Source: Candidatus Poribacteria bacterium (GTDB taxonomy: Bacteria > Poribacteria > WGA-4E > WGA-3G). From it: 64,000 nucleotides of DNA. Below the pieces are notes generated by a model. It was given only the letters and a program-made list of their open reading frames with translations. It searched no databases and was not told the origin of the DNA. The DNA lies in the NCBI GenBank assembly GCA_965204285.1, contig OZ241980.1, forward strand, positions 4,269,987 to 4,333,986, read 5' to 3'. Shown here piece by piece: positions 57,634 through 64,000 of the stretch (within the stretch, counting starts at the first letter, position 1; each line of letters opens with the position of its first letter). A program made the translations under genes and the position numbers.

Positions 57634-59262
57634 ATGTTTGGACGAATATTACTAATATTCTACATAGTTGCAAATTTCTGGTATTTCCCACGCGCCGACG
57701 CTGCTTCGCTAATAAACGTCCCCCTTAATCCAGATATATCTGATTTTAATACTGAAACCTACCGCTTTATTCATCGTTTACTTAATAAACGTGTGGTGTC
57801 GGGTGTGACGCGAGGTTCTTTACCGTTTACGCGAAAACAGGTTGCATCTTTGCTGGTAGAGGTGTCTCAAAAACTTGATAGAGGTGAACTCACTTTAAGC
57901 GTTAACGACCAGAAGCGCTTAAAGGACTTATCAGCCTTTTACTCAGAGGCTGGAACGCAAACCCCTCCCAATCGACGATTACACTTAGGCACACTTACTG
58001 ACAACTCTACCTCTCGTATCTCCTTTGATTTACGGGTTGGACACCAAGAGATCACACGTTTAGTTGATAACGTGTCCGAAGTGCCAAATGTTGAAGGGAA
58101 TATGCACGTTACAACGCTGTATCCACATCTATATGGGCAGTTTGAGGATAGTTTTGCTTTTTCAGGAGATATAGCATATAGGTCATTGTATGGAGACTTT
58201 TTTGACGATGTCTTTGCTGACGAATCGAAGCATAGACAATTGGAAGGAAAACTTAAAAACAGAATTGCTATCAATAGTTATCTTAAGTTTAATATGCCTT
58301 GGTTTGAATTGCAATTTGGACAAGATAATCTCCAATGGGGGCCTGGTTATCATGGAAATTTACTGATTTCCTCAGACCCATTAGCTATTGATATGGTAAA
58401 ATTTCAAACTAACTACAAAACTATATCGTTTACTGCATTCACTGGTGTATTAGAGGACATGTCAGAGGACATCAATGAGAAATATATTTCAGGTCACAGA
58501 ATTGAAGGATATTATTGGAATAGGTTTGGTTTTGGAATATCTGAGGTAGTTATCTATGGCAATCGGTTTGAACCTGGATATTTGAATCCTGTTAACATAT
58601 ATTTCATAAACGAACAGACTATATCACGGTCAGACAGTCGGGCTCCTGGTAGTGGTGATAATGTATTTGTCAGTGTTGATTTTCGGTTACGTCCTGTAGA
58701 TAATTTTGAGATATATGGTGAGTTGATGGTTGACGATGGGAATCCTGCTGTCAGTTTTAAACATTGGGATACGAAGTTTGGTATCCTCGGTGGGATTTAT
58801 CTTACGGACCCCTTTGGACTAACAGACACTGATTTTTACGCAGAATACACTTTTATAAACCAATACGCCTATACACACGTCAATCCTGCAAACGTATATA
58901 AACACTTTACCACGCCAATTGGACATCATATCGGTTCTGATGCAGATAATCTATGGATTGAACTGCGTAGACGTTTTACAGATAAGCTTGAAACCGTTTT
59001 TGGGTACGAACTTGAACGCCACGGTGAAGGAGACATAGACAAAAATCATCTACCTGGTGCACCAAAAGATGATGTGTGGACACCATTATCTGGAATCACG
59101 GAAAGTGAGCATCGTTTAAAAATCGGTTTTAATTGGGTTGCTATTGGTCATTATTCATTTTACGGTGAGTGGGCAAGGATTTGGAGGCGAAATCTCGAAA
59201 ATCGTCAAGATGTACATGAAACTGGAAATGAAATCCAAGCAAAAGCACTTTATAGATTTTAA
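57634..59262 (+). CDS. outer-membrane beta-barrel protein, possibly capsule-assembly Wzi-like
   Basis: Signal peptide. N-terminal helical segment (ETYRFIHRLLNKRVVSG...TRKQVASLL). Alternating amphipathic strands. C-terminal ...ALYRF (terminal Phe). Wzi assignment is from memory of the family and locus context. Confidence 0.35.
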   Translation: MFGRILLIFYIVANFWYFPRADAASLINVPLNPDISDFNTETYRFIHRLLNKRVVSGVTRGSLPFTRKQVASLLVEVSQKLDRGELTLSVNDQKRLKDLSAFYSEAGTQTPPNRRLHLGTLTDNSTSRISFDLRVGHQEITRLVDNVSEVPNVEGNMHVTTLYPHLYGQFEDSFAFSGDIAYRSLYGDFFDDVFADESKHRQLEGKLKNRIAINSYLKFNMPWFELQFGQDNLQWGPGYHGNLLISSDPLAIDMVKFQTNYKTISFTAFTGVLEDMSEDINEKYISGHRIEGYYWNRFGFGISEVVIYGNRFEPGYLNPVNIYFINEQTISRSDSRAPGSGDNVFVSVDFRLRPVDNFEIYGELMVDDGNPAVSFKHWDTKFGILGGIYLTDPFGLTDTDFYAEYTFINQYAYTHVNPANVYKHFTTPIGHHIGSDADNLWIELRRRFTDKLETVFGYELERHGEGDIDKNHLPGAPKDDVWTPLSGITESEHRLKIGFNWVAIGHYSFYGEWARIWRRNLENRQDVHETGNEIQAKALYRF

Positions 59263-59416
59263 GTCGTATCCTGATAAGTTCGCAGTTGTTCCTTACGATT
59301 AGAGTGGAATTACGAACTTCAACTAATAAGACATTTTTAATGAAGATTCATGTTGGTTATCGCATCAAAGAAATTGTTTTATAGGCTTATCTTGGTATCA
59401 TTCGGAAGGATTTAAG

Positions 59417-60538
59417 ATGAAAATTCGCGTATTGGGCATTCGTGGTCTTCCAGCAACTTATAGTGGTTTGGAGACCATCATGGGTGAACTTGCACCGCGC
59501 TGGGTGGAAGCGGGACATGAAGTCACTGTCTATTGCCGAAAAGCAGTTTTTAAAGAGAGACCACGCGAATGGAAAGGTATCAAGTTAGTCTATTTACCCA
59601 GCATTGAACATAAAGTATTTAGCACTCTCAGCCATAGTTTTTTGGCAACTTTACACGCTTCGTTTTCCCCTTCTGATGCTATTCTTGTATGGAATGCTGG
59701 TAATGGTCCCTTTGGTTGGTTTTTCCGTATTGCTGGTAAAAGTGCTGTTATCAACGTTGATGGTATGGAATGGCTTCGTCCAAAGTGGAAAGGTATAGGT
59801 GCTGTCTACTTCAAGTGGGCAGCAAAGATGGCTACTTCCGCGTTTCCGATTGTAATTACCGATGCCGAAGAAATGAAAAGACTCTACCTTGAAGAATTAG
59901 GCGCTGAAACGACATATATTGCTTACGGAGCAAACATTGAGCCATCTGAGCATCCTGAGATCCTTGACAATTATGGGCTTGAATCACGGAATTTCTATCT
60001 TATCGCGAGTCGCCTCGTTCCCGATAATAATGCAGACCTGATTTTGGAAGCATTTGTTAACTCAAATAGCGAGAAAAAACTTGCTATAGCTGGTGGGGCA
60101 GACTATAAAGGTAACAAACTTGAAAATGAATTTTTAGATAAATTGAAAAGTATAGCCAATGAAAACGTGATATTTTTGGGACATATTGATAGTTCAGAAC
60201 ATATAAAGGAACTTCACCATCACTGCTTTGCCTACATTCATGGACACCAATTCGGTGGCATCAATCCATCCATTTTGAAGGCGTTAGGATATTCTAACTG
60301 CATTTTGGCACTCAATACACCTTTCAACCATGAAGTCCTGGAGGGCGGTACTTACGGTGTGCTCTTTGACAAGAATTCAGAAGCGCTCAAAGTCGAAATT
60401 GAGACGTTAGAACAGAATCCAGGGAAGGTTGACGACTTCCGTCGGCGTGCTCCTGAACAGATACGAAAACGATTCAATTGGGACCATATTGCAGAACAAT
60501 ATATTGACGTTTTTGAAAAACTACAGAAGAAAAAATGA
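59417..60538 (+). CDS. GT4-type glycosyltransferase with DUF1972-like N-terminus
   Basis: MKIRVLGIRGLPATYSGLETIMGELAPR (DUF1972-like). C-terminal GT-B domain. Confidence 0.55.
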   Translation: MKIRVLGIRGLPATYSGLETIMGELAPRWVEAGHEVTVYCRKAVFKERPREWKGIKLVYLPSIEHKVFSTLSHSFLATLHASFSPSDAILVWNAGNGPFGWFFRIAGKSAVINVDGMEWLRPKWKGIGAVYFKWAAKMATSAFPIVITDAEEMKRLYLEELGAETTYIAYGANIEPSEHPEILDNYGLESRNFYLIASRLVPDNNADLILEAFVNSNSEKKLAIAGGADYKGNKLENEFLDKLKSIANENVIFLGHIDSSEHIKELHHHCFAYIHGHQFGGINPSILKALGYSNCILALNTPFNHEVLEGGTYGVLFDKNSEALKVEIETLEQNPGKVDDFRRRAPEQIRKRFNWDHIAEQYIDVFEKLQKKK

Positions 60539-60569
60539 AATCTACTAATTTCGGGTAGGATAAAGGATA

Positions 60570-61229
60570 ATGGCACATTTGCCAATAAAATTTAGCGTTT
60601 CCAAACCTGACTTTGCATATATGAACGACACAGCACAGCCTTCAGTTGAAAGACTTTCTTCCTTCTACGCAAAGCGAGGAAAATATTTGCTTGATTTTGT
60701 GGCAGCGTTTTTCTTGATACTTATATTTGCTCCACTAATGATTCTCATTTCAATACTGATTAAACTCTCCTCACGGGGACCAATTTTCTTCTCGCATAAA
60801 CGGGTTGGGAAAAATAATAAACTTTTTGTCATTCACAAGTTCAGAAGCCTCCATATTGATACGCCCTCCTATTCAGAAAAACCCGATTCAACAGAAGATG
60901 TTCGTATCACTTCGGTTGGTAAATGGATTCGTAAAACGAGTTTAGACGAATTGCCTCAGTTATTTAACGTGATTAAGGGTGAAATGAGTCTCGTGGGGCC
61001 TCGTCCAGAAATGCCATTCCTTGCTGAGAATTACGAAGAATGGGAAAATCAACGCCATCTCGTGCGCCCTGGAATGACGGGACTTTGGCAGTTGAGCCCG
61101 CGCCGCCGTGGGTCAATCCGTGAAGGAATTCCTGTTGATTTGGAATATATTGAGAATTTGTCCTTATGGAACGACTTCAAAATATTGCTACGGACGTTCA
61201 AAGTCTTTTGGGACGACAACACCTATTAA
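60570..61229 (+). CDS. polyprenyl-phosphate sugar phosphotransferase (bacterial sugar transferase, WbaP/WcaJ C-terminal-domain type); initiating enzyme
   Basis: Signature LDELPQLFNVIKGEMSLVGPRPE. Single N-terminal TM. Confidence 0.8.
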   Translation: MAHLPIKFSVSKPDFAYMNDTAQPSVERLSSFYAKRGKYLLDFVAAFFLILIFAPLMILISILIKLSSRGPIFFSHKRVGKNNKLFVIHKFRSLHIDTPSYSEKPDSTEDVRITSVGKWIRKTSLDELPQLFNVIKGEMSLVGPRPEMPFLAENYEEWENQRHLVRPGMTGLWQLSPRRRGSIREGIPVDLEYIENLSLWNDFKILLRTFKVFWDDNTY

Positions 61230-61251
61230 CTTTTAGCAGTCTGGTTCTAAC

Positions 61252-61632
61252 TTGCATTTGAACGCATATATGAAACTAACTTTTGGGAATCTCAAAAAGA
61301 TTTTGCAGTGCAGTTTTGGACTTAAGTGTCCACGATGTGAGGAAGGCTCACTCTTTCAAAAACGATTTAAGATGTTTACACGCTGCACAGTGTGTAATTT
61401 GAAGTTTGAACGCGAGCAAGGATATTTCATCGGCGCAATGTATATCAATTATGGTGCAACGGTATTACTTGCGTTTCCCGGTTACTTCATATTTGAAGTT
61501 TTCACATCCATCCCTTTCTCACTTAACTTTGGCGTGTGGGGTTTCATTTCTGCAGTATTCCCTATCTTTTTCTACCGCTATTCGAAGAGTTTGTGGTTGA
61601 ACTTTGACTACACGTTAAACCCAAGTGGTTAA
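61252..61632 (+). CDS. DUF983-like zinc-ribbon membrane protein
   Basis: CPRCEEG...CTVCNLKFEREQGYF followed by a TM segment. Confidence 0.4.
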   Translation: MHLNAYMKLTFGNLKKILQCSFGLKCPRCEEGSLFQKRFKMFTRCTVCNLKFEREQGYFIGAMYINYGATVLLAFPGYFIFEVFTSIPFSLNFGVWGFISAVFPIFFYRYSKSLWLNFDYTLNPSG

Positions 61633-61660
61633 TAGTTTCCAAAAACTATTTTAGATTCAA

Positions 61661-62410
61661 CTACCTTGTGAAAATCTGCCCACGAATGTAGGATGCCTCG
61701 TCAGAAGCCAGGAACGTTAATATTCGGGCAACCCCCGCTGGATCACCGAGTGATTTCAGCGCATTGGCAACTGCAGCCTCCGGATCGTTCCCATCTCGCT
61801 TTGCTGATTCAGCAATTTGTCCAAGTTTGAGCGGTGTAGCAAGTCCACCGGGACATATCGTGTGCATACGGATGTTTGCCCCGACTTGGCCTTCTACAGT
61901 CATCACAAGACCATTAACCCCGCCTTTACTTGAAGCATAAGCGACTGAAGAACTTCCGCCACGCACTCCTGCCCCTGAAGCAATACAGAGGATAACACCC
62001 CCACCACTTCTGCCCATTACGGGAACAGCGTGTTTGATCGCAAAAAAAGTTCCCTTTAGATTTACATCGATTACTGAATCGAAGGTTGCCTCCTCAAAAT
62101 CTTCAATTCGGACGCTTGGGCCGCGTAGCACTCCTGCAGAAGTTACCAATGTGTCAATTCGCCCGTACGCATCGTCTGCAGTTTTTATGAGTTGGGCAAC
62201 TTCAGGCTCGGAGGTGACATCGGTGCGACAGAATTTTGCTATTCCACCGTTTCTTACAATTGCCTTTGAGGTTTCCTGCCCATCAACTTCATTAATGTCT
62301 CCAAGAACGACCTTTGCCCCAGCTTCTGCATAAGCGATGGCAGTTGCAGCACCAATGCCTGTAGAGCCACCCGTAATAACTGCTACTTTACTTGATAGTT
62401 GAATATTCAC
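61661..62410 (-). CDS. short-chain dehydrogenase/reductase (SDR)
   Basis: VAVITGGSTGIGAATA (TGxxxGxG). NAG motif (TSAGV). Catalytic S...YxxxK (YASSK). Confidence 0.8.
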   Translation of the reverse strand: MNIQLSSKVAVITGGSTGIGAATAIAYAEAGAKVVLGDINEVDGQETSKAIVRNGGIAKFCRTDVTSEPEVAQLIKTADDAYGRIDTLVTSAGVLRGPSVRIEDFEEATFDSVIDVNLKGTFFAIKHAVPVMGRSGGGVILCIASGAGVRGGSSSVAYASSKGGVNGLVMTVEGQVGANIRMHTICPGGLATPLKLGQIAESAKRDGNDPEAAVANALKSLGDPAGVARILTFLASDEASYIRGQIFTR

Positions 62411-62552
62411 AGATTATTCTCCCTAATGAATGAAATTTAAAAAAGTATAGAATGAATCTTCTTACAAGGCAAGTGATTTTTGGATGGAGGAATTTAAGGG
62501 AGTTGCCTGATTATATAGATGACAAAGTTAAGGAGGGAATGTTAAAAACAGA

Positions 62553-63452
62553 TTAGCTTTTCAAACTAAAACGATACGGAATACGCAGACGTTGACTCAC
62601 AGCTACTTTGCCCTGCATCGCCGGTGTGAATAATGAGGATTTGAGTGCTTGAATTGCTGCTTCTTCACATCCAAGACCGTTAATTTTTATCACTTCAACG
62701 ACCTGAATGTTTTGCGCTTTTCCATCTATACCGATAGTGGCTTCAAGTACAACCAATCCCTCTTGATGCGTGGCGCGAGCAGATTCGGGATATATCGGCT
62801 CAACTTTTTTGAGGAAGGTAGCGTTTTGAGTCGGTTTATTGATAGTCGGCATGTTTAAAGGAATAGCATCTATCTGTAAATTGTCTAAATCTGGTGCTGG
62901 CACATCCGACTTTCGCTCAGTTTTTTGTGGAGAAAGATCAACAGTTGAAGTAGTAACTGGCTTCGTTTCAACTGGCATTGCAATTGGATATGCAACATCA
63001 GACAAAGTATGTTGTGAAACATTCAAGGTGAAGTTTTCAGTTAATGTCGTAACTTGGGTCAATGTGGTGACCTCTGGAGTTTCAGTCATTGTCACAGGTG
63101 TAGATGGACGGACTACTTGAGGCTGTTGACGATGCAAATGAACAGGTTGCGGTACAACTAATTTATGGATATGTTGTTTAGTAGGAGGACGGATCGCAAC
63201 TGGTTTCGGAGAAGACAGAGAAAAAACATCAATTTGCATAGCATTGCTACTACTATCTGTCGTTTTAACGGAAGATAGACCGATAATTGATATACCTATC
63301 AGATGTAAACTGACTGACAGCATAAATGACGCATTCGGCAAGAAACTACTGAAAAAAAGTTTACCAATGCCAAAACCTTTATGCGAACTATGTTGCTGAT
63401 TCTGTTTTGTGAGAAATCGAAATTTGTTCACAATTTGGACAACGATGTTCAT
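62553..63452 (-). CDS. TonB-family energy transducer (N-terminal anchor, Pro-rich spacer, TonB_C domain)
   Basis: TM anchor. Pro/Thr/Val-rich linker. C-terminus EPIYPESARATHQEGLVVLEATIGIDGKAQNIQVV... Confidence 0.65.
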   Translation of the reverse strand: MNIVVQIVNKFRFLTKQNQQHSSHKGFGIGKLFFSSFLPNASFMLSVSLHLIGISIIGLSSVKTTDSSSNAMQIDVFSLSSPKPVAIRPPTKQHIHKLVVPQPVHLHRQQPQVVRPSTPVTMTETPEVTTLTQVTTLTENFTLNVSQHTLSDVAYPIAMPVETKPVTTSTVDLSPQKTERKSDVPAPDLDNLQIDAIPLNMPTINKPTQNATFLKKVEPIYPESARATHQEGLVVLEATIGIDGKAQNIQVVEVIKINGLGCEEAAIQALKSSLFTPAMQGKVAVSQRLRIPYRFSLKS

Positions 63453-63630
63453 TTTCTATACACCTTTGCTATCTCTTTCAACAAATCCTTTGAAAACCTG
63501 TATAATACTTGTTGTGTCAATACAATTCTATTTTACTTTCTTTTACACTATAAACTGTTAAGCAAATTCCGTGCCATTTATTACGTAGAACGTGGAAAGG
63601 TCTTAATTATTTGGTAGATTACTCTTGCGG

Positions 63631-63827
63631 TAGGAGGGAACTCCGATTCCCGACTACAAACGGGTCGCGATTCGGAGATTGATGACATAATATGCGGCTG
63701 CGATTCGGAGATCGCTCCTAACAATATGCGGCTGTGATTCGGAGATTGATGACACAATATGCGGCTGCGATTCGGAGATCGCTCCTACAATGTGTGGCTG
63801 CGATTCGGAGATTGATGACACAATATT
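63631..63827 (+). repeat. tandem array (about 5 units of roughly 33 bp) of a REP/MITE-like intergenic repeat
   Basis: Repeated GCGGCTGCGATTCGGAGAT core alternating with two tail variants (TGATGACACAATAT / CGCTCCTACAATGT). Same family as 17701-17766. Confidence 0.65.
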
Positions 63828-63902
63828 GGACAAAATATTTACATATCCTAACGGTTTTGGTATAATTTCGGCATAGAGTTGGAGACATCTAAAGGATATG
63901 CC

Positions 63903-64000
63903 ATGAAAATCAAAGATATTCGCGTTGTAGAAATTACGTTAAATCCGAAACCAAAAACACCACGACGCACACCGAATCGCGCTAAGACATTCCGCTTGAA
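63903..64000 (+). CDS. 5' end of a CDS running off the window (MKIKDIRVVEITLNP...), possibly enolase-superfamily-like
   Basis: ATG at 63903 with the ORF open to the window end. Family guess is weak. Confidence 0.3.
   Translation, partial: MKIKDIRVVEITLNPKPKTPRRTPNRAKTFRL

Noticed and set aside
63631-63827. Possible CRISPR array
   Set aside because: The repeat units are about 33 bp, but the 'spacers' alternate between just two sequences and are themselves part of the repeat. No cas genes are in the window, and a copy occurs inverted at 17.7 kb. This is a REP/MITE-like tandem repeat instead.

Overview
This is a 64-kb chromosomal window from a diderm (Gram-negative-type) bacterium. The evidence for that cell type is an Omp85/BamA-like gene, a TonB-family gene, TolB-like PD40 propeller proteins and OM beta-barrels with C-terminal Phe. 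The lineage may carry a type IX secretion system, because six genes end in a T9SS-type C-terminal sorting domain; the taxon cannot be named from sequence alone. The window is coding-dense, with about 50 CDSs and no rRNA, tRNA or CRISPR recognised.

Main contents in order:
(i) A corrinoid methyl-transfer cassette of B12-binding corrinoid protein, RACo/RamA-type ATP-dependent reductive activase and a zinc thiol/homocysteine S-methyltransferase-domain protein. trpF is translationally overlapped with it and a substrate:corrinoid methyltransferase is missing.
(ii) A minus-strand block of envelope and housekeeping genes: large polytopic membrane protein, BamA-like, BatA-like vWA, transglutaminase-like, SAM methyltransferase, MDR dehydrogenase and a TPR+PD40 protein.
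(iii) A Hen1-Pnkp bacterial RNA-repair gene pair with a consensus sigma70 promoter.
(iv) The most unusual region, 31.8-57.6 kb. It holds a lamin-tail-domain lipoprotein, three tandem paralogous internalin-like leucine-rich-repeat (LRR) proteins (the first an in-frame fusion of two units), an FG-GAP/ASPIC (CRTAC1-like) protein and two Tat-signal sulfatases. All six end in the same module of about 230 aa: two dockerin-like EF-hand repeats, a helical linker and a 'NYPNPFNPETWIPY...GVYFY' T9SS-like C-terminal domain.
(v) Interleaved with these, a Wzx/Wzy-type glycan locus with FOUR sulfotransferases. It also has an NAD-epimerase, a MOP flippase, a Wzy/O-antigen-ligase-like protein, a clan-A glycoside hydrolase, a Wzi-like OM barrel, two GTs and an initiating polyprenyl-phosphate sugar transferase. 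I read it as a sulfated-polysaccharide biosynthesis and remodelling locus.
(vi) A dispersed REP/MITE-like repeat family is present at two intergenic sites.

All function calls come from motif recognition by eye and need HMM/BLAST confirmation.
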